Assembly (NCBI GenBank): GCA_964252035.1
Contig: OZ176204.1
DNA length: 64,000 nt
Source of the DNA: Podarcis erhardii
Taxonomy: Eukaryota
Strand: one strand, 5' to 3'
The notes beneath the pieces were generated by a model. It did no database searches. It had not been told where the DNA came from and saw nothing but the letters and a program-made list of their open reading frames with translations. Shown here in pieces: positions 23,101-37,113 of this stretch (the first letter of the stretch is position 1; every line of letters starts with the position of its first letter). Position numbers and translations under genes: made by a program.

Positions 23101-26100
23101 GAACTAAATGCACTTTCATTTATAATTTGCACTTTAAGGAGCGAACTTGAAATGTGAATGTATGACTCAAATAAAGAATACTTAATCTAAATTCTTCACA
23201 AACTTTGAAAAACCTACTGGATTATTGTCATTTCCTTGAGAATCCAAAATTGTCTATATGAAAAGTACTGCAAAATACATTCCGATAATATTCAAGTATT
23301 TTATTGCAAAGTGTGTTTTAAATGTCTGTGCTTTTTATAATAGCTGTGGCTGTAGAAGAAAAACAAAGTAGATTAACTGAAGTATTACGGGATAGAGTGA
23401 GAGGGAAGTTGAGAACTGTTAAGGTAAATAGTTTTAATTGAATGTTGATTTAGCATTCAAATGAAACATGTAACTTATTGTATGTATCATTCTATAAAAG
23501 GCGGTAAATTCAACCAATTTAAAAGACTCATCATTTCTCCTACACCAATTGGAGTGCATCAGAAAAAAGTTAAGTGCTGAATATGGAAAGCCTGCATTTT
23601 ATCTCAGTTCTTGTTTTCTCTGTGTTTTTAAAATTACAAGAAGCACACTAAAATATCCTTTGTTTTAGGCTGAACAAGAAGAAAAATCTTGCGACAAACC
23701 CTATTCTGATACTAAAGAATACCAACACAACTCTGAAGTGAGCACTGAAGTAATAAAATATTTGTAAAATTGCTGCCAACACTGATAAGCTGCACCATTG
23801 CTTTTTATATTCAATTTGGTGCAACAAATTCTAATATGAGCATATTTTTGTAGAATGTGTGATTCTGGTTACTCCTGCCATTACATATAGAAAACACCTG
23901 TGCCATCAAGAAGATGGGTACCATTCAGTCTTTAATCTCTTCTCACTGCTTTTTTAAAAAGCACATTCCCACATCCCCTCAAAAAAAGGATCCTGGGAAC
24001 TGACATTTTTAGGAGTGCTGAGAGGTGTAGCTCTGTGAGGTATAAACTACATTTCCCAGGATTCTTGGGGGTGGGGGCGTGTGTGCTTTAAATATATGGT
24101 GCATATTCAAGAATCTCGGCATCAGAGAGGTGGGGAGGGGGGAAGCAAGAGGGAGATGCTTGCTACTTGTTCCTCTTTTTTAAAAAAATATCTCTGATAG
24201 CTCTGTAATCTAGAGCTTCTTCTTGCTGTGGCACAAATTTGAGAAAAGCCAAAGAAGCACCCCGCTCTCTCTTAAGCAACAAGATCTAGAGGTGTTTTAA
24301 GTTGAAGTTGAAGGTCAGCTGGAGAAGACCGAGATATAGGAATTACCTTTGTTTACAGAAAGATTGGCATATGCTGTCTCCCCTCTACATTCAGAGTACT
24401 AAGATCTGAATGATGAAGAAGGTAAATGATTTTGGCAGCAAAGCTATGGGCAGAGGTGTGTGAACTAAGGCATGATAAGGGAAGGTCTAAGAGGAAAATG
24501 TTTCATTAGACAGGGTGGGAATGAGAAGATGATGAACCAAAATTTAAGTTGAGAAAGATAGAGATGAATTGGTGGGTTTTTATATAAGAACATGTGACTT
24601 GACTTGGTGAGAAGACTGAATATGAGAAGGAGGGAGGGAGTAAAGCAGCCTCAGTGCTAGGTTAGATGGTGATGTTGTCAATGGATATAATAAAGGAAAA
24701 TTAAGGAAAATTAAGTTTCTGGAGAAAGAGAAGGCTACCCAGTATTTAGCACTACTGACTGATAATTATTCACCAAATTTTAAATCTTAGAATGAAGTCT
24801 CCTTTGATGAGGGTTTTATATTTTTTACATCAACGTTTGAAGATTACTCAAAGCTGAAAGAAACTGATCAGGTCATTGACCAGGTACTGCTATTCTTCTC
24901 TTCATACAAAGTGCATTCTTTTCTGTTGCATTATGATGCTGGAGTGTCTTGAAAGTCTTCTGTCAAATAGATGTCTAGTAATTGAAGTTGTTTATAGCTA
25001 CAGTTAATTCACTTTTTCTGTTAACAAAGGAAAATTATGAAATAAGCTATTCAAAAGTTTTCTTCAGTGGCCCTAAACTTATATACAAAATAACTATATA
25101 GCCTTAAACAAAAGAAAAAGTAATTTTATTTCATTCATTTTCTTTTTTTCAAAGTACCTTGTACCATAGATTTCCTAGATATATTTGACCATGATCCAAA
25201 TAAGTATTTGACTTACATTTATAAACAATTGTCGTGGAACTGGAGCTTTCTTTAAAATATTTAACTTTTTCACAGACTTTTCTTATACTTTCTAGTGTTG
25301 CAGAGAACAGTTGGCCACTTTAATACCCTGTTGATTACTTCAAAGGGATGAGCTGGGTTGCAATTAGTTGTATATAGGTGAGAAAGTGCCAAAATGAGCA
25401 ACAATATGGGCTGGACTGGAGATTGCTTGTGAGTGAGCTTGAAGGAAAGAGATGCTTTGAGAGCTAGGTACAAAAAAAAAAGGGCTTGCTGTTTTGTTTT
25501 CAAGTGAATGAGAGTGAGGAAGACAGCATCTTGGATGAAATCACTATGCATTTCTTTCACTTGCTTTGTTACTGGAGGGAAATACACTGATATTTGTTTA
25601 AGCAGAGACACTGGGAGAGATTAGGTATTTGGGCTGCACAAAGCACCAGACCCTGTATATTTGTTTTTCAACAAGATCAGAGAGGTACTGCCTGTTTCCC
25701 CACACCTATGGACTAGACCAGGGGTTGTCAACCTGGTCCCTACTGCCCACTAGTGGGGTTTCAGGATTCTAGGTGGGCGGTAGGGAATTTTATGGCACAA
25801 GCTGAATTCTCCTTCTATCGAGCACCGCTGGGCGGTAATGAAATTTTACTATCAAGAAAGGTTCATTAGTGGGCGGTAGGTATAAAAAGGTTGACTATTC
25901 CTGGACTAGGCCATGCACTGAAATGCCTGCACATTCTGAATGTAAGCAGTATTGGTGATATTTCATTTTTGAAGTATTTGTGGAAAATGCCTATTTTCAT
26001 AGAGATAGAAAATAGTGATCCAGGTACTGTATTCAGGAATCACTTAATTCTTCATACTTAGATACTGTTCATTAAACCTGAAAGTTGAAGTATGAGTTTT

Positions 26101-29100
26101 CTAATTCCAATGAAAACAATAAAATATAACAAAAATTGTAGCTATCAATGTTTATGCATTATAAACAATCAAAGGGTAACAATAAGGTGCGTCCTTTATT
26201 AGGACCTATTGAAAGATTAGAAAGAAGTGAGCAAACTGGTCCTAATAATGGTGTTACAGCACTACATAAAACATACTGGACTCATAAAATTATAAAGCAA
26301 TTTCTCTGGAAATTACCTATATCTATTCCAACATGTTTATGTAGATTGTTTTCTGTTGGTATCTGTCCCATCGGTCTCTATATTTCTATCACACTTATTT
26401 TTTATTATGATTAACAGAAATCTATAAGTGACAGCCTTCAAAATGTCTGTGGCTTAAATGAACAAGCTCCTTTGCTTGATCATGTGAGAGAAATACTACT
26501 ACCAGAACTGCTTGAAGTAAAACCTCCTGTGTGTGAAAGCAGTAATCTCGATAAGCAAAAGCAATGGGACCAACAACTTTTTCTGCCAAGCACTTCCCCG
26601 GGTAATGTATGTTGCAAAATATGACAGTGACTTAGATCTTACAAATGTGCAGGTGAACACACAAATGCCCAGTAGACTACAGATAGTCTGATCCTGTTCA
26701 TTTTCTGGTACAAATGCAGAAATGACTGCCACCCCTCACCAGGTAAGAGGCCATGGAATGCATGGAAACTGCCTGTTTTCAGGTTAGTCCATTAAGAGAC
26801 TAGTTCTTCAAAAGTGGGCAGAGTTTAAGAGAGGTGGGCTAGAGGCAGAAACTCTAAAGGTCCTAGAACACTTTCAGTCCTTGTCAAAGCAAGTTGTTTG
26901 CTAGGAGCTCTGCTTGGTGCTGTGATAATAGACCTGCCTTGCTATATGAGCTTATCTGCAGGACCAGAACAGGACACATTTCAGTATCAACCGTTCTGAG
27001 AGAGAAGGAAGGATTAGAGAGAAGAGCAAAAGTTAGTGAAAGAGAGGGCTCATTTTAAAATTTGCTATATTTGGCGTAGGTGGTTAAGCAGTTTGTTTTG
27101 TGTTACTGTTGTACTTTTCTGGATCAGATTTAAATATCTGACCAACAAAAAGAAGAGGATAAATTAATACAAGAATTTACATTCTACCTATATGTCACCC
27201 TAACTTCATAATAATTGTTCTCAGTTATACAGAGCTGTAAATTGCCAGACAATATGGCACCACGATTCCTAGAAGATGAAGGATTTTATATTCCAAGAAA
27301 GCCTCGTGTATCTAGGAATACATACTACAAAATGGAAAACCGTCTTCTTCAGCAAGATGGGGTAAATGTGCTGCTTAGTTTCTAAAAACTTCTGTTACTT
27401 AAATAATATGTTTAAAAAGAAGATGACTTGTTTAATGTTGTTTGTGCTTCTGAATCATATTTATTAAGGGGAAAAACTGGTTTGACGAAAGCGGGGAAAT
27501 AATGTCATTGCCTTCTCCAATCAAACCATCAAGTTACTACAGAGTGTTTTTTCCTTCTGAGATTGACCCACGATTAAAGACAACATACAGGAAGGTTTGT
27601 TTTTTTCCACTTTAAAAAAACAAAAACGCTTCCTTTTTAAGACTATTATTTTGCTAGGAAATGCTTTATATTCCCGGGCTAGAAATACTATGTAGGGCTG
27701 GGAGTATATTTTAGATGGAATTGTTAATTCACATCTTTACAATTAATGAAAGTTGAGGAAGCTCTCTACTGCACTAGGAGTTGTGCAGTGTACTACTAAA
27801 ATGGAATGAATATATTTGAGCTAATATTAACAGTAATATATAATATCTTATGTTTTAGCTAAAATATTTTAATGTACTTCATTCATTTTATATACATACA
27901 GTACACTTAAAATCTAGTGATCAAATAAAATTCTATAACTCTAGTGATTTCTATAAATTAGTTTGCTAAGGAATCAAACACACATGAAGTTAAATAATGG
28001 TCTGAAGGCACACCAACTTGTTCATAGGTAGGGTCTGATTAGTGCACAAGTGTCTGGAAATCACATGTACTTGGGTGCTATGATGAAAGAAATTCAGGAT
28101 ATTAATGCGATAAAATTAATATTAAAAATGTTTAGTTTATCTGAAGTAAGACTAATAGTCACCAGAGTGACTTAGAATAAACACCTTTGATTTGGGGTGG
28201 AGGTATGTTTATCATGCCTTTTTACATACCGTATGTAATATTTCTGCTCTCATGTGAAATACACCTTATATTTTTGTAGATGTGATAAATTCTTGAACAG
28301 TGGTACCTCGGGCTACATATGCTTCAGGTTACATATGCTTCAGGTTACAGACTCCGCTAACCCAGAAATATTACCTCGGGTTAAGAACTTTGTTTCAGGA
28401 TGAAAACAGAAATTGCACACCACCGGCGCAGCGGCAGCAGGAGCCCCCATTAGCTAAAGTGGTGCTTCAGGTTAAGAACAGACCTCCAGAATGAATTAAG
28501 TTCTTAACCCGAGGTACCACTGTACATATATTTAAGGCTGAATCATATAGCAACTCAAAAGGACTAAATAAGAGTAAGAGTTAGTTTAGTAACCAAGAAT
28601 TAAGACAGAAATAGTTTTTAGGAGAGTCAATTGATACGAGAGAAGCATCACTTTCCACAGTGTAGACTTACACACATTTTTCTCCACTCTTATCTCTGGT
28701 CAAGGAGGTTATTCAGTTTTTTTTTTTTTAAATGTTGTGAAAACCTAGAAAACAAAGCAAAAACTACCTATCAGAGCCAAAAACATGTATGCCAGATGAA
28801 GTAATTCCTCATTTAAACCATATTCAACTCTGAAAAACTTGTTGCTTCACCTCAAATTTACTTTTTTTTTAAACACAGGCAATGCCACCTCAACTGGAAA
28901 ACTGCATCATAACTAAGTCAGAGGAACAGAGCAAAATTTATCAACTGGATCTTAACATATCAAGTATTGTGTTTAGCCATCATTTTTTTTTCAACTGTGA
29001 ACAAGTACTGGCTGCCAGGTTGCTTGACCTTTATGACTGCTTTCAACAACGGCAGCAGCAAAACGTTACTCTCTTGCTATCTGAAAAAGTAAGAAAATGC

Positions 29101-32100
29101 TTTATCTTACAGTTTTAGTTATAAGGTATGATGTAAAAGGCTTTAAGACTTCAGGATGTCACAGCTTGAAGACTTGGTGTCTTCATTCTGACAGAATGGG
29201 CAGTAAAATAGCAAATGTAAATCCATGTAAATGAATGCAAAGTGATGCATATCAGGGCAGGAAAAAACCAACAACCCTAAATATCCAGAAAGGATATTGT
29301 CCTGTAGAGTGTGACACTTTCATTTTAAAATATTAATAATTTTGAGCTAATAAAATATTAATAATTTTAACAAAATATCACATGAAGTTATTTGCTAATA
29401 AAAGATTTAATGCATTTTAAATAAATTATTTTTAATTACAGCTCAAAGCATTAATAAGTTCCACAAAATTACTGGAAAGTAACTTAAAAACAAGTGAGCT
29501 AAGTACGAAAACTTTGAAGGATTACAGATCACAAATAAGGTACCTATTTAAAATGGGGCAGGAGGAGGAATTGACCGTGCTATAGGTATATACTGCTTTG
29601 GTCAGTGCTGATTTCCAAGAGTACAAAATTGAAAATAGTGAGTAATCTGCATTGACTCTGTTATGTACTGAGTCGAATAGGATCCAAACTGCAGCAGTCT
29701 GATTGGTCCTAGAACAATAGGATCCAAATTGCAGCAGTCTGATTGGTCCTAGAACAATGCAGCAGTATGATTGGTTGGCAGGAACCACCCAATCATGCTC
29801 CAGATTGAAGTGAATCCACAACCTGATTGGTTTACAGTACAATTCCGGAATTAGCCAATCATGTGCAGCCCATTGTGTAAATAATGTATATAAGGCAGAT
29901 ACTTTGAGGGGACTTTCATTCATTCCTCCTCACCACTATGAGCTGAATAAAGAGCATGAAATCACTTTGCGACTCCGAGTATATTTCACTGGCGACGAGG
30001 ATGGGATCCCGCTGAGCTGACTGCCACACACAGCACCGCAGCACCGCCACCTGCCGCACCGCTGCCTCGCACCGTGTATCCAGGCTTCAGCTCCGGGACA
30101 CAAGGAACTCAGAATGGCAACTGACAGCAACTTCTCGCCGTTCAACCCAGCATCTGGAGACTGGGAAGCGTACGCCTCCCGTTTCACCTTCCTCCTAGAA
30201 GCCAAAGGGGTCACCGATGATGAAGACGCCAAGAAGAGGGCAATATTCTTCAGCGTCTGCGGAGAGGAGACATTTGAAATCGCCCGGGCTCTCCTTGCGC
30301 CTGAAGACGTTGCTACTGTTCCATACAAAACAATAATGGAACAGCTGAAGGGGCACTTTTCGCCACAGCCCTCAGTGGTGGCTCGTCGAAATGCCTTCTA
30401 CGCAAAGCGGCAAGCCCCTGGGGAAACCATAACTGGGTTTGTGACCTCTCTCCGCCAAGCCGCCCGGTTCTGCAACTTCTCAGAGCTGGAGAACATGCTT
30501 CGTGACCGCCTCGTCGGTGGCCTGAGGGATGAGAAGCTGCAACGACGCCTCTACGCTAAGAAGAACCTAACGTTCCAGGTCGCTCTGGAGGAGGCCCTGG
30601 CAACGGAAGCTGCCGAGAGGTCGACACAAGAGGCACGGCCGAGCCAGCCGTCCCAACCGAGGGTCCACCATGAAGACCTCACCGACGACTCAGGATCTGA
30701 CAGGGAGGAGGTGCACCGAGTACAGCAGCGCACTCAAGCAGCCCACATACCACAGCTGCCTCGACGAGAAGGAGGGAACTGCGCAAGCTGTGGAGAAAGT
30801 CATGAGAGGAGGACCTGCCGTTTCCGCAATGCAGAGTGCAGACAGTGCAGAAAATCGGGACACATCGCCCGGGTGTGTCGGGCTCGGCCCACCCGACACC
30901 AGGCATCAGACGACCAATCCAAGAACCCCAGGTCCCGGGGCCCAACGCACCAAGGCAACTCGACAGAGCTCACGGACTTCCAGGTATACCAGTTGCCCCA
31001 CCCCAACATAGAGAAAATTTATGTAGAGGTACAGATAGAGGGGGCCCCATGCCGCATGGAGCTTGACACGGGTTCAACTCTATCCATAATCTCGGCAAGG
31101 ACCTTAAGGAAACTGTGTCCTACTGGGGGTCCCAAACTCAGGCCGGCCCCATTCACCCTCCGGGACTTCCAGAAACGTAAGGTCCCCACAATGGGGGTGG
31201 GGACCTTCAGGGTGCAATACCGAGGGCGGACGCGGCAACTGGACTTGCTTGTGGTCAAGGGCCCCTACATTAGCTTACTGGGATTGGCATGGTTTGGACC
31301 ACTGGGGCTAGCTGTCACTGGGGTGAACCACACTAGCTTACAAGTGGACGTGGACGCCATATGCAAGGAATTTCCGGGGGTTTTCGATGGGAAATTGGGA
31401 CAGTATACGGGCCCCCCCATTGCTCTACAGCTTGACCCCGCAGTACGACCAGTCAGGCTCAAGGCCCGCCGGGTCCCGTTCGCTCTGAAACCCCGTATAG
31501 ACGAGGAATTGGACCGGCTCGTGGAGCAAGGAGTGCTGGAACCGGTACCTAATGCCCCCTGGGAAACCCCAATCGTCACACCTGTCAAGCCTAATGGCTC
31601 AGTCCGCATCTGCGCAGACTACAAATGTACCATAAACAAGGCCCTCACGGCCCATGCATACCCAGTGCCAGTGGTCAGCCATGTCCTTGCCACCCTGGCT
31701 GGGTCGAAAATTTTTGGCAAGCTGGACTTGGCCCAAGCATATCAACAGCTGCCAGTAGATGAGGCAACAGCAGAGGCACAGACGATTGTGACGCACAGAG
31801 GAGCATTCAGGGTAAAGCGGCTGCAATTCGGTGTCAGCGTGGCACCAGGCATATTCCAGAATCTAATGGACTCTCTCCTTAAAGGGATTCCTGGCGTCAC
31901 CCCCTTCTTCGATGATGTGTTGATTGCCGGGCCCACACCAGAGGAGTTTGAGGACCGCCTCCGCACCGTTCTGCACCGTTTCCAGACAGCGGGTCTCAAG
32001 GTAAAGCGGGAAAAATGTCTACTAGGAGTGCCCCAGGTGGACTTTCTGGGATTCATGGTGGACGCAGAAGGGGTCCACCCGACTGGGGACAAGGTACGGG

Positions 32101-35100
32101 CCATTTGTGATGCCCCAGCGCCCAGGAACAAGACTGAACTTCAGGCCTTCTTGGGACTATTGAACTTTTACCATTCCTTCCTTCCCCACAAGGCGGCGGT
32201 AGCGGAGCCCCTACACAGACTCCTGGACAAGCGGGCCCCTTGGGTGTGGGGCCATCGCCAGGAGGCCGCATTCCAGGCAGTCAAGGACTTGCTTGTCTCA
32301 AACTCGGTCTTGGCACACTTCGACGAGAAGCTGCCGGTGGTGCTAGCATGCGACGCCTCACCCTATGGCATTGGCGCTGTCCTGGGACACCAACTCCCAG
32401 ATGGAAGAGAGGTACCGGTGGCATACTTTTCCCAGACACTCAACGCAACCGAGCGGAACTACTCACAAATCGACAAGGAGGGCCTGGCAATCGTGAAGGG
32501 AGTAAAAAAATTCCATGATTTCTTGTATGGGCGGCCCTTCACCGTGGTGACTGACCACAAACCGTTGCTTGGCTTGTTTGCCCCCGAAAAGCAGACCCCC
32601 CAAGTGCTGTCTCCTCGTGTCCTCAGGTGGTCAATTTTCCTTGCCAGCTACCAGTATGCACTGATTCACCGCCCTGGGAAGGCGATGGGCCATGCGGACG
32701 CCCTCAGCAGGCTACCACTACCAGAAACAGGCCCCGACCCGGCACCTGCACAAGAGGTTATGAGCCTGGAGCTGCTTCCCGACCGCCCCATTCAGGCACA
32801 AGAAGTTGCACACCATTCCAAGAAAGATAGGGTCATCTCCCGGGTCCTGGACTGGGTGTGGAGGGGATGGCCCAGCAGCAGCCCCGGGCCAGAATTCGCC
32901 AGCTACACAACCCGCAAACATGAACTGTCGGCCCACAAGGGGTGCCTGTTATGGGGAAGCAGGGTCGTTGTTCCCCAGCCCCTCCGCAAAAGGGTCCTCA
33001 CAGCCCTACACGAGACACACCCAGGGGTAGTAAGAATGAAGGCCCTTGCCAGGAGTTATGTGTGGTGGCCGGGGATCGACGGAGAGATAGAGGCCTGGGT
33101 CAAACACTGCCAGGCCTGCCAAGAATCCCGCCCAGATCCCCCAAGGGCCCCAGTCCAGTCCTGGGAGTCTGCCCGAGCACCATGGTCACGCCTGCATGTG
33201 GACTTCGCTGGCCCCTTTCAGGCGAAAACATTCTTCATAGTGGTGGACTCCTACACCAAATGGCTGGAAGTCGCACTGGTACCATCCACTTCTACATCCG
33301 CAGCCATCCGGGTACTACGCAGGCTGTTTGCAACGCACGGGCTCCCTGACACTCTCGTCTCAGACAACGGGACTGCATTTACGTCAGGAGAATTCCAAAC
33401 CTTCACAGCGCAGAACGCCATCCGCCACATCCGTTCGGCGCCATTCCACCCTGCCACCAATGGCCAAGCAGAACGCATGGTGCGGACCACCAAGGACACC
33501 CTTCGCCGCATGACGCAAGGGGATTGGGAGTACCGCCTTGCCACATTCCTTCTAGCACAGCACAGCACCCCCAGCTCAACGACTGGCCGGAGCCCCGCTG
33601 AACTACTAATGGGTCGGCGCCTTGCAATCAGATTGGACCGCCTTCACCCCGATAGAGCTCAGGATGAGGTAGGGGTGGGGGAAGGCAGGAACCCCCGGAC
33701 CTTCGAGGCCCAGGACCCAGTGTACGCAAAGAATTTTGGGGCAGGCCCTGCATGGGTACCCGCCACAGTCACCAGGGTCACTGGCCCCGTGTCGTACGAG
33801 GTGCTAACGGATGGGGGGCAATGCTGGCGCCGCCACTGTGACCAGATACGGCGACGATTCCCGGGAGAAAACCAGGAGGAGGAGGACAGGTCAGAGGAGT
33901 CCCAGGGGAACAGTGGGGCAGTGAGGCCCATAGAGCAGCAGGGGCCAGCAGGAGAGGCAGAACCAGTAAATACAGAGAGGTCCCGGGAGGCCGAAAGGAC
34001 ACCGGAACCAGAACCACGACTGAGCGAGCCGGTTGCGCCAGACCAAACAGCCTCATCACAGCCAGCATCCTTGGAACACGAGCCAGAACCAGAACCCCGG
34101 ACCAGGGAACACCCCAGGCCGCAACGCACACGTAGGCCGCCAGCGTACCTTGAGGACTATGAATGCGACCTCCCGGGCAGGACTGGAACTTAGAGGGGAG
34201 GGGTGTTATGTACTGAGTCAAATAGGATCCAAACTGCAGCAGTCTGATTGGTCCTAGAACAATAGGATCCAAATTGCAGCAGTCTGATTGGTCCTAGAAC
34301 AATGCAGCAGTATGATTGGTTGGCAGGAACCACCCAATCATGCTCCAGATTGAAGTGAATCCACAACCTGATTGGTTTACAGTACAATTCCGGAATTAGC
34401 CAATCATGTGCAGCCCATTGTGTAAATAATGTATATAAGGCAGATACTTTGAGGGGACTTTCATTCATTCCTCCTCACCACTATGAGCTGAATAAAGAGC
34501 ATGAAATCACTTTGCGACTCCGAGTATATTTCAGACTCAAAATCAATTCCCTGAGGCAACTGATTAAGCTGCTTTGAGGTTTTAACCACATTGTCCCACC
34601 CCCATCAAATAGAAAATAAATTCTATGAAATAAAATGAAAAACAAACATCACCATCATTTCAATTTGTTACCCACCCTTCAGCATCATATCCCAGGGTAA
34701 TTTATAACAATGTAAAATTCAAAAAAGTTAAAGCAAGTTGCAGTTCCAGGAATAGGGTGGGTTCTGTAAATATATATCTCGGGTGTCAAAGCCCAGGTAA
34801 AGGAGTGCATCTTCAGCATACAGTGGAAACTATGTACTGTGAAAGCACCAGATGCAGATACATGTAAATTGTTATTCTGTTATTTAGTTGTAGGTCTAGG
34901 CCCAGACCTCTTTTTCTTGGAAGTGGGTAGCATTAGTGGGTAGTTTGGTGGGTGTCAATCTGAATGGTACCATGAATCCCTTCCAATTCTTGGGCTCCTG
35001 CATCTGTGCGGATAGAATGTACAGGCTTGCCAAACCAATTCCTTTATTAAGCTAATGACTTTGTCTGGCTTGTTAAGCACCATGATTAGCATAACCAAAG

Positions 35101-37066
35101 AAGTTGCTCTGTGCCATACAAGAAATGGGTGGGATTTCCCCCACCCACCCTCTCTCTTGCGTAGGAGAGCATTGGCATCCTCTTGCCTATGAGCTGGAAG
35201 CAGGAGACACAGATATGAAGTGAGCTTAAGTTGTATATATGTGGAAATAAAACCATCTATCCTAAAGATGCCACAGTCTCTGCTGACCTTCATTCCAAGC
35301 AAACCAAATTCTGGGCAAAGTGCTGGAACCCCTAGAATCTCTCACTGCTTGGAAACTGGGGCAGTGTGTAACTATATTTATAAAATACGTTAATCTCAGG
35401 GGAAATGAATGTACAATTTATGTCATGATTTTAGATTTTAGTTTAACAACTGCAAATCATTAAATGGAATTTTAAGTTTGTGCTCAGGTTTTTTTTTCTG
35501 TTTTGCATCATAAAATACAAGAAATACCAGGATATTACATGATATAGAACACCAAAGAGATAAATGCTTAATACAAAGTATTATGAAAGTATGGAAACAA
35601 ATAAAATCTCTACGGAGACAGCAAGGATTTGTTAGTTCTACTGTCAGGCTGCAATTTCAAAAGTAAGTGGTAATGATTTTCTTTCATATACGATTTTTAA
35701 TTCTTCAGAAAGATTTAATCTAGTCCTTGTGTGTTTGTGTTTCTCAAAAAGAAGAAATGGAATTTATCGCAGTTTGTTTGTTTATATGTACTGATAAACA
35801 GCTTGATATCTTTAAAATCTCTAAAAATTAATCTAAAATCTAAAAAGACAAAAAGCAGGATTTTGTGTGCTCAGTAAACTAACAATATTTGGAGATCAAG
35901 GAGTATGTTTCTCTGAGGGTGTGATGTAGGGCAGTATATTTTGTTGGAAAGCTTAGGCCAGGCTTCCTCAACCTCGGCCCTCCAGATGTTTTTGAGACTA
36001 CAATTCCCAGCATTCCTGACCACTGGTCCTGCTAGCTAGGGATCATGGGAGTTGTAGGCCAAAAAACAGCTGGAGGGCCGAGGTTGAAGAAGCCTGGCTT
36101 AGGCTGTGTGCCTCCATCTATGCTTAACCTGTATATTTGTAAATAAATTCAAATATTACAAAATGCAGTCGACCTCCAAAGATTTCCTTTCAAAGGAACA
36201 AAACTCAGATAATAGCTGCAGAGGCAGAGCACTGGAGGGCTATAATTGGGTGTGAGAAGAGTGATGGGTGAAAGAGGTAGCAAAGAGGTTAAGCACTTCC
36301 TTTCTCCAGTTATATCCTCTTCACATTAAAAAGGGAGAGGAATCGTACAACCAAATGTCAGATAACATTTGAGCCTAAATGTAGAGGTTTCATTGTTTTC
36401 TCCCCATCTTTGAATAAGGCTGACATATATCTCAGAACTTGATGAATTCGAAGGCAACATATCAGAAGAGAATGAAAATGCTCCAAGAGACGAAAGATAT
36501 ACTGATTTATCAAACAAATTTTCAGCAGCTGGAAGAAGACAGAAGGTTCTTAAGTTGAAGGAGTTGCAGAATAGTAAATCATTGTGCCATAGGAAAATTG
36601 CTGTGATTAGCACTGTTCCCTGTTGGTTTGTGCTCAGTTAATTTCTGGCGCTTATTGTAGAAATCTGGTTGACCTTATGAATATTTTATATACAGTGTAA
36701 ATTCAGAATTGAAGAGTACTCTATCTCATACATGCCAGTCTAAGCTTATTACACCAGGTTTTTTAATTGGAATGCAGATATTGTGGTTTGTTTGAAATAA
36801 TATATTGGGTGCGATGAAAATACAAATATTGATTTCTAGGGATGCTTGGATTCAGCTCATACCTTCCAAACTGCAATGGACATCGGAGGGATAAATGAAC
36901 CTCTTTTGGTACCACATCTTACCTTTGTAACAGAAATAACAGCAGACGACATGTGCCCTCTGTGAGTTGCAGGTTTTCTTTTTTTTAGTTTTACAAAGCA
37001 CCTATATAAAAACGTATTTCCCCAGTAGTATAAATACTACTGGGGGGGAATTTATATATGTGTGTG

Positions 37067-37113
<47 letters not shown>

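Larger units (their letters stand above)
29659..34533 (+). mobile_element. Full-length Ty3/Gypsy LTR retrotransposon in CC2D2B intron 11
   Basis: TG...CA LTRs at 29659-29988 and 34204-34533 (330 bp each); TSD GACTC at 29654-29658 and 34534-34538; PBS at 29990-30007; PPT AGAGGGGAGGGG at 34192-34203; single long ORF. Confidence 0.98.

Noticed and set aside
29676-29755. Direct repeats superficially like a CRISPR array (also 1652-1856)
   Set aside because: Contiguous tandem units without unique spacers, inside eukaryotic transposable elements.
30551-34272. Many antisense and alternative-frame ORFs inside the Gypsy element
   Set aside because: Shadows of the GC-rich Gag-Pol ORF; no env-like or other motifs.
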